Made by a program: the position numbers and the translations under genes. A DNA stretch of 64,000 nucleotides from Nitrospirota bacterium (lineage in GTDB: Bacteria; Nitrospirota; Nitrospiria; Nitrospirales; Nitrospiraceae), in contig CAVPBK010000003.1 of the NCBI GenBank assembly GCA_963701855.1, forward strand, positions 96,001-160,000. The letters are read 5' to 3'. Below the pieces are notes generated by a model. It ran no database searches and was not told the origin of the DNA. It worked only from the letters and a program-made list of their open reading frames with translations. The number at the start of each line of letters is the position of its first letter. Positions within the stretch are counted from its first letter, which is position 1. Positions 1 to 9,788 of this stretch are shown here, piece by piece.

Positions 1-636
1 GTGGGTGAGTCACAATCATTGAAGGCGCTTTCTTCTAGGGCTATGCACGTGGACGGTCTAGGACATTTCCTGGTTGTACGTTCAATCTAGGCACGTTCAA
101 GGGGCTATTAAACGCGTGGCTCATCGTTTGCGCAATGCCCACAAAGAGCTAATGCTCCCTCCAAAGTATTTACGTAATTCTATTGTTATGAGGCAGGAAT
201 TGAGAGGATAGCTTGTCCCATGAGGGGATTTGCCAGCAGTTCGGGTGTACAGTTTTGCTCTAGAAAGGTCGCGGAGAAATCTTGATCCTCGGCCATTGTC
301 TGGGATTTGCTGAAAGGCAGCGAAGGCGAATATATAGGAGGGTGACAAACGCGAGAATATTTGGAACCAATCGAATGGTGTGAGGACTGCTAAGCTGTTG
401 TTCCGCAACCGAGACAGATTGGACCAAGGCAGGCTGTTCAGCAAGGGGGCGGTTAGGGGCACAGCTAAGATGGCCAAGATAGAGGGAGCGATCCAAGTGC
501 TGGGTTTTGACATAGGAATCGTTGAGGATGTTCGGTAACATCTCAAAGTGTAGCGGATGGGATTGGAGAGTCAATGAATTGGGAGAAATGAGCAGAGGTG
601 TGATCGTGAGTACGTGAGAAAGGGCGAGATGTCTAG

Positions 637-860
637 CAGGATTATGAAAACCTGCCGAGCCATAACAAGCGATAGAACTCCTTTGGCCTGCTCGTCTGGG
701 AGAAGAAGAGCTCCCCGTAGGATGCTCAAAAAGGCTGGATTCCTCCTCACTCAGCCCTGGCGCGTGGAGATGCACCTTGTCCCAAGCAAGGCCGTAGTAA
801 GCGAAGAAGCGGTGCGTGCTTGGTTTGGTGTGGGGAGCCTTTGAGCGAAGGCTGACACGA
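637..860. repeat. Degenerate MITE-like repeat (family A), composite
   Basis: CTAG-CAGGATTATGAAAA at 633-650, AGGATGCTCAAAAAG at about 719, and GCAAGGCCG..AGCGAAG, all shared with other family A copies. Confidence 0.6.
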
Positions 861-862
861 CC

Positions 863-1265
863 AGGCCACACCTTCGATGGACGCTATCTCTTTGCGCCAG
901 CTGTTGTCAGACTCGCAACGCATGAGCTCTTCGAGTCGTTCAGGCCGATCATCGGAGATTACCGGACACTTTCAATTGTTCAGCCACGATGGGAACAGAC
1001 CATCCCGATCGGCGAGATCATCTACGTGGATCGATTCGCCAATCTTATCTCAAACCTCACGCCGGCCCATCTTGAAGAGGTCTCCTCGGCCACGAAACGG
1101 CGGAAACTCTTCCTTCGGATCGGTGACCGAGTTGTCGAGGGGTTGGTGAATAGTTACAGCGAGGGGATAGAGAAGAAGTCCTCCGTACTCATCAATAGCG
1201 ATGGCAAACTCGAAGTCATTCTGAAAGAAGCCGCTGCCGCCGATCTCCTCCAGATAAAGAAGTGA
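863..1265 (+). pseudogene. C-terminal fragment of SAM hydrolase / chlorinase-fluorinase (DUF62) family protein
   Basis: HTFDGRYLFAPA, GEIIYVDRFANLISN and LINSDGKLEV motifs; the N-terminal half is absent and the repeat sits in its place. Confidence 0.7.
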
Positions 1266-1314
1266 GGGCGCATCGAAGTTTCGTGAGGTTGCACTTTTGA
1301 ACTCAGACCAACCA

Positions 1315-1952
1315 TTACAGACTATCCCACTTAATACTGAGACCCTCGATAAATCCATCAAGGTTTCTTTTGGCCTCGTCGAATAGGGCATCCTCAGATT
1401 GTCCCTGCGAGGCTGTGATGCCGGCGGAGACTTCATACATATAGATGCCATACATGAAAATACTGTCCGCTTTATATCAATCGTTTTTCCGTGTGATCAG
1501 CTCGCCTCCCTCCATTTCTTGAGAGACCAGCGGACTCCCTTCCTTCTTTAATCCAACCAGCCGTAATTCTTTCCCGCGAGCTGAGTCTACATAGCGGTTT
1601 TCGCGGAACAACTCGCTTGCCATGGAATCGTCCGATATTTTCTCAACGGTGAATTTCTCGACGGTATTATCGATGCGGAGTATGCGATAAGCCGTTTCAG
1701 AAGCATCGCTAAAACTGACACCATGGTTTTCATGGCCTATTATGTAGTGTTCCTCAACCTGCCGGCGTTGAGGTGAGGGAGGGTGACCCTGTAACCGCCA
1801 TCTGGGCTCGTATAGGTTTCATTGCTCAGCCGATCCGAAGGAACATTTGTTTTGACCGAAGCCGAGGGAGGGGTGGCACTGCCGGTCAATGTCGCGAGTA
1901 GGAACAGGCTCAATACACAGAGCAAGGATAGGGTCATGCGGGTGCGTATCAT
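1315..1952 (-). pseudogene. Exported/lipoprotein-like hypothetical protein, disrupted
   Basis: Signal peptide MIRTRMTLSLLCVLSLFLL with GGAGA RBS; frameshift near 1750; coding-like continuation (GHENHGVSFSD...LSIKWDSL) with an internal TGA near 1478. Confidence 0.55.
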
Positions 1953-2201
1953 CGTGTGTCTCCTGTGCAGGCAGAATGTTTTGGGAATGCAGTATTGAGT
2001 CGTGAATGTTAAAGAGGGGAGAGGAATGTTCAATGTGAATTTGTGATCATTCAGGTTAGTGACGAATGACGATGTGCGATTGACGAAGAAGGCTGGACTG
2101 CGATGTGCTACGAAACCTAAGATTCTAAAACCTGAACCTGTTCTTGTGCCCCCGCTATTTGTGTTGTCGTGTAGTCCTGCGACACGGTGCCCGTTCGTTG
2201 C

Positions 2202-3473
2202 TTACATCATTGCAAGCTGAGCCTGCGCCCAGGCGTTGCCCTGGGCGGCGGCTTTTTCGTACCAGCCCCGTGCCATTGTATAGTTCTGCGGTACCCCCCG
2301 CCCGGTGGCATAGAGCTGTCCGATCTGAGCCTGTGCCCAGGCATTGCCCTGAACTGCGGCTTTTTCGTACCAGCTCCGTGCCATTATATAGTCCTGTGGT
2401 ACCCCTCGCCCGTTGGCATACAATTGTCCAAGGTTGTATTGCGCCTGCGAAACACCTTGGGCTGCCGCTTGCTCCCACCACTGTCGTGCTTTCTTATAAT
2501 CTTGCGGCACACCCAGCCCGTCGGCAGATAGCTGACCGAGTTGGTTCTGCGCCCACGCATTACCCTGGGCTGCGGCTTTCTCGTACCACCTTTGTGCCGT
2601 GGTATAGTCCTGCGGCACGCCCCGTCCATTAGCATACAGCTGACCGAGCTGGTTCTGCGCTGACGCATTGCCCTGGCTGCCCAACGTCTTCAGTTGTTGC
2701 AGATCTACGGCTGAGATCATCTCCGCTGGGGAAGCCGGCACACGCCCAGGGGCCTGCGCCAGTTGTCGCTGCATTGCATCAAGGCCATTCAGACGCTCCC
2801 GTTGGGTTTCTGCCATTGGCACACTCCTCGGAGTTGCCACTTGTTCATCTGTCTGAGCGGAGCTGTTGGAAACACTATCCCGTACATCCACGGCGTGGTG
2901 AACATGCGGGTTGTCTTCATCTACAAATGACTCAGCTGTTGGGATCGTCTCCTGTTCAACCTTCTGAGGAGGTTTATTCGAAATAATCACTTTAGATGGT
3001 TTCGTTAGTGCGAATACGATGACGAGGGTAAAGAGTGCGCCTATGGCTAGTATGGCCATTCTGGCACGGGGGAACGGTTGATTTCCTTGAGCCGTTGCGC
3101 CGGCAGTGTGGTCGCCCTCTTTCTTTGTTCGGTGCCGGCGCTGGTAGGTATCCCAGCTCTCACCTTGCTCGGGAGCGGGGCGAATCGGTGCTTGACAGGA
3201 AGGGCAGGTCACAGGCTCAACAGGCTTCGCACTCCGTCCACCGCGGGCACGAAGCCAGTCGTCATACCGCTGTTTCAAGACAGGGTCACTGAGCGTCTCG
3301 AAGGCCACATTAATTTTTCCGGACTTCTCCTCTGCCTTCTTCAGCAGCGTGGGCCGATGGTGGAAGCGGTCGGGGTGCCAGACTTGTAACAAGAGTCGAT
3401 AGGCCTCCTTGATCTCTTCAGGAGTCGCTGTATCCTGAACTTCAAGAATGGTGTAATGGGTCTCCATGCTCAA
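2202..3473 (-). CDS. DnaJ domain + TM + Sel1-like repeat protein
   Basis: N-terminal J domain with HPD motif, CPSC, a hydrophobic segment, and four 36-aa Sel1 repeats (AQxQLGQLYANGRGVPQDY). Confidence 0.85.
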   Translation of the reverse strand: MSMETHYTILEVQDTATPEEIKEAYRLLLQVWHPDRFHHRPTLLKKAEEKSGKINVAFETLSDPVLKQRYDDWLRARGGRSAKPVEPVTCPSCQAPIRPAPEQGESWDTYQRRHRTKKEGDHTAGATAQGNQPFPRARMAILAIGALFTLVIVFALTKPSKVIISNKPPQKVEQETIPTAESFVDEDNPHVHHAVDVRDSVSNSSAQTDEQVATPRSVPMAETQRERLNGLDAMQRQLAQAPGRVPASPAEMISAVDLQQLKTLGSQGNASAQNQLGQLYANGRGVPQDYTTAQRWYEKAAAQGNAWAQNQLGQLSADGLGVPQDYKKARQWWEQAAAQGVSQAQYNLGQLYANGRGVPQDYIMARSWYEKAAVQGNAWAQAQIGQLYATGRGVPQNYTMARGWYEKAAAQGNAWAQAQLAMM

Positions 3474-3917
3474 TGCTCCAACAAATTGAACCTGGGCATT
3501 TCCTACGAGCCCAGCGGAAAAGGGAAAAGATCAAGAGCCACATGATACCCTAGTGCAACAATCGGTGAAAAGCATGGACAAGGCAGCGCCAACAGATTAC
3601 TTTTCATGGCCGTTTTGGTCCATCGTTATGTGAAGGGGAGTGAGGGGGTGGGGGCGGAATGATTAATGATTCAGTTGAGTGACGATTTACGAATGACGAA
3701 GAAGGCCGGATCGCCATGCGCTACAAGGTGTTGGATGGCAAGATCCTTACTCTTAGTCTGAAATCGCCGCGACTCTGGCAAGAAAGGATTTCCAAGCCCT
3801 TCCCCTTGACCCTCAGGTTGAGGGCTTGTTCTCGATGTAGGGATCGCGACCGCGCGATCCAGAATTTCCCATGCACCACCTTGTGGTTTGACCGTCCCGC
3901 CTCTAGAGTGGGTTGCC

Positions 3918-4085
3918 ATGAGCTGGATTGATGGCTTAAGGGGCCTGACGGAAGGTCAGTGGGTCACGGTTGGGTTCATGAGTTCCGCCCTGACGTGGCT
4001 TATAATGCTGGTGGCATGGTATATGCGGACGAGGCTGAATACAAACACGAAGCAGCACTTGCCCTTACCAGCGCATCTTCCGTGA
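3918..4085 (+). CDS. Small membrane protein, hypothetical
   Basis: Short ORF with one TM-like segment followed by basic residues. Confidence 0.35.
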   Translation: MSWIDGLRGLTEGQWVTVGFMSSALTWLIMLVAWYMRTRLNTNTKQHLPLPAHLP

Positions 4086-4094
4086 CCATCTTGT

Positions 4095-4301
4095 TCAACG
4101 ACTTTGACTCGACAGTGGCGGCTCAACTGGTCCGGCCCATTCGCCGGTTAAGTCATTCAGTGTCCGATCATCTGACGTTGCGAGGTAGAGCCCATCTCCG
4201 TCGTCATCGATGAAGTGCAGAACCTTCGCGGTGTTTCCGTCGGATTGACCGCGATACCAATACCACCCTGTTTTTGTCGGCTTCGCCGTCGTCCAGGTCA
4301 C
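4095..4301 (-). CDS. Small phage-like hypothetical protein
   Basis: WTTAKPTKTGWYWYR...WAGPVEPP pattern typical of small phage proteins; GGAGG RBS. Confidence 0.6.
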   Translation of the reverse strand: MTWTTAKPTKTGWYWYRGQSDGNTAKVLHFIDDDGDGLYLATSDDRTLNDLTGEWAGPVEPPLSSQSR

Positions 4302-4550
4302 TCCGCTACCTCCCCAACCCAGGTCAATGAGGGTTTATTGCAAATGTTCCGTTACTGCTTACTGCTATTCAGCAGCAGCCTCTTCTTCTCCACCTCCTGT
4401 GGGTAGGCTTTCCTCCTGATTCCGTCCATCTTTGTGCCTGCGAGGATCTATCTATATATATAGCCTATTACTTTACTACCCAACGAAGTCAACAGTCATG
4501 CCTGGTCAAAAATATTCCGTTTCGAGTTGTGCGATGGTTCCGACGATGGC

Positions 4551-4697
4551 TCAGCCGGCTTTCGCGGTCACGTGCAGCTTTACGTGGGCCTTCTTCTGGA
4601 GGGCGCACACGATACTAAAAAAGTTTTCCGTGCTCGGGTTGCCGCGTGGAGCCAGCATTCGGTGCAGGCTCTTGCTCGGCTTTTTGAGCGTTGCAAG
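4551..4697 (-). pseudogene. C-terminal fragment of HTH addiction-module antidote (HigA-like)
   Basis: Hand translation KKPSKSLHRMLAPRGNPSTENFFSIVCALQ; no start, truncated at a GGGACATTCT motif. Confidence 0.6.
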
Positions 4698-4781
4698 GGA
4701 AATAAACGGGGACATTCTGAGTTTTTACGGGTGACCATGCGAGATTTGCGAGAAGAAATCAGAATATCCATATAAGTCCTT

Positions 4782-4862
4782 CCCTATCAAGGCGCTCCAG
4801 CCGACCGCCAGGCAAGTTCCTCCATGCTGTCGTGGCGGGCGGCGGATGAGTTTAGCGGTCGA
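4782..4862 (+). other. Degenerate integron attC-like site
   Basis: CCTATCAAGGCGCTCCAGCCGACC...GGCGGCGGATGAGTTTAG resembles CCTAACAAGGCGCTCCAGCCGAC...GCGGCTGAGCT attC architecture, with both core sites mutated. Confidence 0.5.
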
Positions 4863-4903
4863 TTTCATAGAACATCGCTGGTACAGTTTCGGGTGACTGT
4901 TAA

Positions 4904-5140
4904 ATGGAGGTGGTTATGCCTCAATCAGCAAAAGCCATTTTGCATCAGGCTCTTGAACTCCCGTCCAATGACCGTGCGGCGTTGATGGAGGGTCTGATTG
5001 CCAGTCTCGACATGCCCAATCCCGCGCTTGATGCGATGTGGCTCAAGGAAGCGGAAGATCGCTTGGCTGCTTACCATGCCGGTGAGCTTGGCGCGATCGA
5101 TGCGGAGCGGGTCTTCGCGGAGCTTGGGAAAAAAGTTTGA
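4904..5140 (+). CDS. Putative addiction module antitoxin component
   Basis: ALELPxxDRAAL...WLKEAEDRLAAY motif; overlaps the downstream toxin start. Confidence 0.8.
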   Translation: MEVVMPQSAKAILHQALELPSNDRAALMEGLIASLDMPNPALDAMWLKEAEDRLAAYHAGELGAIDAERVFAELGKKV

Positions 5141-5438
5141 AGACTAGATTCCTGCCGCCCGCGCATCAAGAGCTTATTGAAGCAGTCCGGTACTACAACG
5201 CGTAGCGCATTCGGCTGGGGGACGAGTTTCGTGATGAGGCCTGGGAGACCATCCGGCGTATCAACGATTTTCCGATGGCATGGCACTCGCTGGGTGGCTC
5301 GATCGCCGTTGTCAGATGCAGTGGTTTCCCTATGGCCTGATCTATGAGCCGACAAGCGTCGCGATCATATTTATCTCAGTCGCACACCTGCATCAGGAGC
5401 CCAGGTATTGGCGCATGCGGCTGAAATCTAACATTTAG
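5137..5438 (+). pseudogene. RelE/ParE-family toxin, inactivated
   Basis: MKTRFLPPAHQELIEAVRYYNA*RIRLGDEF...FPYGLIY...VAHLHQEPRYW; premature TAG plus a frameshift. Confidence 0.8.
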
Positions 5439-5751
5439 GGGGGCATTCCCAGGCCGTTTCCATGGTCAGCAAGCGTTTCGTGCAAAGGGTGCCGCGTTTG
5501 CTCCACGCGCGCTTGATCGCCTGCGCGAAGGCGGAGGGCGGTTCGCTCAACATTCTGTTGGTATCGCTCGTGTCTCGGGGAATTGAAAAATAACAAGTGG
5601 CTGAGCGCACAGATCGCCGTTTAACCACACATGAAACCCGAACCCGAGCTAAGATGGCGCGCACCGGTTAGCGTGGCTTCCGTATCTTCCATTCATCGCT
5701 CCTATCCTTTACTATAAGCCTCAGATTTCCTTCTTATTGAGGCTTCTCTGA

Positions 5752-7113
5752 ATGCGGGCGAAGACTAGTTTTTCCTGCCAAGCTTGCGGCCACCAGTCGC
5801 CACGATGGCTTGGCCGCTGTCCTGATTGCAGCGGCTGGAATACCATGAAAGAGGAACGGCAGGCGGCGACCGGCAAGGGACGGCCTGCTGCGATGAAGAC
5901 GGCTCAGGCTAAGGCCACGCCGATTGCCGAGATCGAAGTGGTCGGTGAGGACCGGCGGTTGACGCAGATTGGTGAATTCGACCGGGTGTTGGGTGGCGGA
6001 GTTATTCCTGGTTCGGTGATTCTGATCGGCGGCGATCCGGGGATTGGGAAGACGACCTTGTTACTCCAGGCGCTTCCGCGCCTGTCTTCCAAGGAAGAAC
6101 CGGTGCTGTATGTTTCGGGAGAGGAATCTCCCAGGCAGATTAAGATGCGTGGACAGAGACTCGGCATTGAGCATCCGAATTTGTTAATTCTTGCGGAAAC
6201 CTCACTCGAACAAATTCTCAAAGCGGCGCAGGAGATTCAGCCGGCCGCAATGGTTGTTGACTCGATCCAAACGGTCTACACGGAACAGATCACGTCCGCC
6301 CCGGGCAGCATCAGCCAGGTGCAGGAAGTGGCGGGCCAATTGATGTGGTATGCAAAGCGCAGCAGCGTGCCGGTCTTCATCATCGGGCATGTCACCAAAG
6401 AAGGAGCGATCGCCGGACCGCGGTTGCTGGAACATATCGTCGATACTGTGCTCTATTTTGAAGGAGACAAGGGCCACAGCTTTCGTATTCTTCGCGCAGT
6501 GAAGAATCGCTTTGGTTCGACCAACGAGATCGGCGTGTTTGAAATGAAAGATTCTGGGTTGGAGGAAGTGAGCAATCCCTCCGAGTTGTTTTTGGCAGAG
6601 CGGTCCCAGCGCACAACGGGATCGGTGGTGGTGTCCAGTCTCGAAGGGTCGCGGCCAATTCTGGTCGAACTACAAGCATTGGTGTCGTCCACGAGTTATG
6701 CGATGCCGAAACGCATGGCGAACGGTGTGGAGCAGAATCGGGTTTCGCTGTTGCTTGCGGTTATGGAGAAGCGGCTGGGCATGCATCTGTCCGGACAAGA
6801 TGTCTATGTCAACGTCGTCGGTGGGATGCATATCGACGAGCCAGCCATCGATTTGGGCATTGTGGCGGCGGTCACATCGAGTTTGCGCGAAGTGCCGATT
6901 GAGCCGGGATTGTTGGTATTGGGTGAGGTGGGGCTCGGCGGTGAAGTGCGGGCAATCAGTCAGGCTGAGATGAGAATTCGTGAAGCGGCAAAGATGGGAT
7001 TCAAACGCTGTCTGTTGCCGGAACGGAATTTGGCCAAGCTCGATCCCATCGATGGCATCGAATTGGTCGGCATACGGGAAGTGGGGGAGGCGTTGGATGT
7101 TGTTTTGGCTTAA
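5752..7113 (+). CDS. radA: DNA repair protein RadA/Sms
   Basis: C4 zinc finger, GDPGIGKTT Walker A, KNRFG motif. Confidence 0.97.
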   Translation: MRAKTSFSCQACGHQSPRWLGRCPDCSGWNTMKEERQAATGKGRPAAMKTAQAKATPIAEIEVVGEDRRLTQIGEFDRVLGGGVIPGSVILIGGDPGIGKTTLLLQALPRLSSKEEPVLYVSGEESPRQIKMRGQRLGIEHPNLLILAETSLEQILKAAQEIQPAAMVVDSIQTVYTEQITSAPGSISQVQEVAGQLMWYAKRSSVPVFIIGHVTKEGAIAGPRLLEHIVDTVLYFEGDKGHSFRILRAVKNRFGSTNEIGVFEMKDSGLEEVSNPSELFLAERSQRTTGSVVVSSLEGSRPILVELQALVSSTSYAMPKRMANGVEQNRVSLLLAVMEKRLGMHLSGQDVYVNVVGGMHIDEPAIDLGIVAAVTSSLREVPIEPGLLVLGEVGLGGEVRAISQAEMRIREAAKMGFKRCLLPERNLAKLDPIDGIELVGIREVGEALDVVLA

Positions 7114-7237
7114 CAGGATGCTGAAAAAGTCCGCCAGCATCGTTCTCGTATCGTTCAGACCCTCAACGTACCCCAAAGGGTACGCCTCGGGCCTTCACTC
7201 ACTGCGGCCTTGCTGGACGAACTTTTTAAGCATCCTG
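7114..7237. repeat. MITE-like repeat family A
   Basis: Terminal IRs CAGGATGCTGAAAAAGT / ACTTTTTAAGCATCCTG directly after the radA stop. Confidence 0.85.
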
Positions 7238-7270
7238 CGGGATCGTGTCTTCTTATCCGGGACGCGCACA

Positions 7271-8065
7271 ATGGCTTCAGTCAGTGGTTCTACTGTCGTG
7301 GCTGTATTGGCTCTTACCTTTTTATCCGGCTGTGGGCTATTTACGCCGCGTGAGGAAGTTCAGCTTAAGAAAGCGACGGTGGAGGAGTTGACGGCCTTGC
7401 TGAGCCAGCGGGAGGCGGCGATTCAGACGATGAAAGGTCTCTTCAGCGCAAAGGTGCGGGGAGGCATCATTCCTATCGCGTCACGGGTGGAGGGCTCGCT
7501 GTACTATCGCCGTCCAAACGCCATGCGTCTGCGCGGGTTCACCGCGGTCGGCGGCGAACTCTTTGAATTCGTGCAGGCAGGTGATCAGTTCCGGTTGCGA
7601 CTCCCGACGATGGGCCGTGTCCTGTCCGGCAGTCCCTCCGATATGAGCGAGATGGGAAAGCTCGCTCGGCCGTTTCAGTTGAGTGTGTGGGCAATGGGGG
7701 GAGTGTTGGGCATCGGCACGATTGCGAAAAACGAAACGGTCACTCTCGTGGAAGAGGGCGATCGTTACCGGCTGGAGGTCTTCGGCCCATCTCCCAGCGG
7801 AGCGCACCTCATGCGCCGCCAGCTGTGGTTCGAGCGGCAGACATTGCATGTGGTCCGGGAAGATCGATTCACGGATTCGGGAGCAGTTGAAGCGACCATT
7901 CAGTACGAGGACTTCCGTGCGATCGGTGAGGGGCGTCTGCTGAGACCGTTTCTGATCATCCTGGAAGATGGAAAGGGGCAGGGGAGCGTGCGGGTGACCT
8001 TTCACGAGATGATTCCGAACCAACCGTTGACCGCGGGCGATCTCGCACAGGTCTCGCTCCGATGA
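7271..8065 (+). CDS. Lipoprotein, LolA/LolB-fold-like (DUF4292-like)
   Basis: Lipobox LSGC; the upstream ORF extension is read-through of the repeat. Confidence 0.65.
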   Translation: MASVSGSTVVAVLALTFLSGCGLFTPREEVQLKKATVEELTALLSQREAAIQTMKGLFSAKVRGGIIPIASRVEGSLYYRRPNAMRLRGFTAVGGELFEFVQAGDQFRLRLPTMGRVLSGSPSDMSEMGKLARPFQLSVWAMGGVLGIGTIAKNETVTLVEEGDRYRLEVFGPSPSGAHLMRRQLWFERQTLHVVREDRFTDSGAVEATIQYEDFRAIGEGRLLRPFLIILEDGKGQGSVRVTFHEMIPNQPLTAGDLAQVSLR

Positions 8066-8859
8066 AAGTATTGGCAGTCGAGACGGCAACTTCATGGCAG
8101 AGTGTGGCGATCCTCGATGGGTCGCGCGTCCTTGCCCGTCACGACCAGGATGCTGCCGGGTCGCATGCCAAGCTGTTGCTGCCCACGATCGATCGGCTGT
8201 TTCGTGAGACGGGTCTGACGCTCAAGCAGTTAGATGGTCTTGTTGTGTCGATTGGTCCCGGGTCTTTCACGGGACTTCGTGTCGGTCTGGCCACGCTTCT
8301 CGGGTTCCGGACGATCAGTCGGCTCCCCTTGGCGGTGGTGCCGACATTGGAGGGGATGGCGTGGAACCTCAGAGGAACCCCGACGCTCCTCTGTCCCATT
8401 CTCAACAGTCGGCGCGAAGAACTCTACTGGGCGTTGTTTCGCTGGACCGGTGACGATCGGTTGGAACGAGTGGTATCAGAGCAGGTGGGCACACCGATCA
8501 TACTAGGAAGCAGTCTCACAGAATCAGTCCTCGTGTTCGGCGAAGGCTGGACGGTTGAAGAGTCGGCCATCCGTGCGTCGATTTCTCTCTCCGTCACGGT
8601 GACCGAGGCCCAGGACTCTGCCGGGAAGCCCTCGGCTGTCTCGATCGGGTTGGCAGGGATCGAGCGGCTCCGGCGAGGCGAGTTTGCCGGAATCGGCATC
8701 AGTCCGCTGTATGTGCAGCGTACCGCAGCAGAGCTGAAGTACGAGGAGTCCGGCGGTATTTCGCCAGTGGCTCTGCGTCAGGAACGGGTCGCAAGAAAAA
8801 TAAGCGCGCGTCAGGATGCTCAAAAAGGCCGCTTAGCAAGGCCGCGGCGGGCGAGGTAG
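8062..8859 (+). CDS. tsaB: tRNA threonylcarbamoyladenosine biosynthesis protein TsaB
   Basis: VLAVETAT and GPGSFTGLRVG motifs; adjacent to rimI. Confidence 0.95.
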   Translation: MKVLAVETATSWQSVAILDGSRVLARHDQDAAGSHAKLLLPTIDRLFRETGLTLKQLDGLVVSIGPGSFTGLRVGLATLLGFRTISRLPLAVVPTLEGMAWNLRGTPTLLCPILNSRREELYWALFRWTGDDRLERVVSEQVGTPIILGSSLTESVLVFGEGWTVEESAIRASISLSVTVTEAQDSAGKPSAVSIGLAGIERLRRGEFAGIGISPLYVQRTAAELKYEESGGISPVALRQERVARKISARQDAQKGRLARPRRAR

Positions 8860-8913
8860 GCTGAAGCCTGAACCTCAATCTTCTTCGTGCCGGCTGGCTG
8901 TTTCAGCATCCTG
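8812..8913. repeat. MITE-like repeat family A overlapping the tsaB 3' end
   Basis: CAGGATGCTCAAAAAG ... TTTCAGCATCCTG. Confidence 0.8.
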
Positions 8914-8923
8914 CAGATAGGGA

Positions 8924-9466
8924 ATGGCCATGGGCGAGTGGATCATTGAACCGGCGACTGTCGAGGCTCTGCCGGATATTCTGCATATCGAAGAAGCTTG
9001 CTTCTCAGCCCCCTGGACGCGCAAAATGTTGGAGGCGGAACTGAGCGGCAATCCTTTCGCACACTTTTTATTGGCCAAGCGGGTTTCGCCGGGCGAAGTT
9101 GGCTCCGTTTCGATTGTCGGGTATCTCTGCTTCTGGGTCGTCTTCGAAGAAGTGCGGCTAATGAACCTGGCAGTCATCGAGACAATGCGGCATAAAGGTA
9201 TCGCCAGGGCCTTAGTCATGCAGGCCCTGGAGGTCGGGTTGGCACAAGCTGCGAGGTGTGCAGTGCTCGAATTGCGGACTTCGAACCATGCCGCGCATGC
9301 CCTCTATCAAAGCCTTGGGTTTCACGACGTGGCAACCCGGCCAACCTACTACACCAATCCCATAGAAGATGCGTTGCTGATGGAACTGGACCCGATTGTG
9401 TCGGAGTCGGGCCGATTGACAGAGGAAGTCGGTCGCGAGGGAGGACATATCAGGCCGCGGCAGTAA
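8924..9466 (+). CDS. rimI: Ribosomal-protein alanine N-acetyltransferase
   Basis: IEEACFSAPW, NLAV, LELRTSN, YY..EDALLM. Confidence 0.93.
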   Translation: MAMGEWIIEPATVEALPDILHIEEACFSAPWTRKMLEAELSGNPFAHFLLAKRVSPGEVGSVSIVGYLCFWVVFEEVRLMNLAVIETMRHKGIARALVMQALEVGLAQAARCAVLELRTSNHAAHALYQSLGFHDVATRPTYYTNPIEDALLMELDPIVSESGRLTEEVGREGGHIRPRQ

Positions 9467-9488
9467 TTTCATAGCCAGGAGGTGCGAC

Positions 9489-9740
9489 ATGCTGACAGAC
9501 AGTATGATTGCGACAATTGCGGAACGGTTGCGCCAATCCAACCACGAATTTCGTATACTGGAAGAGGCGCACCACCGTCTGGACCTGGAGTTGGTCCAAT
9601 TGCAGAAACGACACGTACTGACTCCCGCCGAAGAATTGTCCATGAAGGATTTGCACAAAGAGAAGTTGGCGAAGAAAGACAAGATGGCCGAGCTGATTCG
9701 TGCCTATCGAGACCACGAGTTGCAGGCCGCTCCGCAGTGA
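9489..9740 (+). CDS. DUF465/YdcH-like small protein
   Basis: EFRILEEAHHRLD...KEKLAKKD; AGGAGG RBS. Confidence 0.8.
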   Translation: MLTDSMIATIAERLRQSNHEFRILEEAHHRLDLELVQLQKRHVLTPAEELSMKDLHKEKLAKKDKMAELIRAYRDHELQAAPQ

Positions 9741-9788
9741 GAAACATCGTCGTGGAGCCTGCGTCAGCCAGCAACCGAGACCGGAGTC

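Noticed and set aside
121..546. 141-aa minus-strand ORF
   Set aside because: No recognisable motif, and it lies in a decayed region; cannot be supported.
2202..2680. DGR template/variable repeats
   Set aside because: These are in-frame Sel1 protein repeats; differences are not confined to adenines and there is no reverse transcriptase in the window.
6980..7270. N-terminal extension of the 361-aa ORF
   Set aside because: It overlaps radA and reads through a repeat; the signal peptide starts at 7271.
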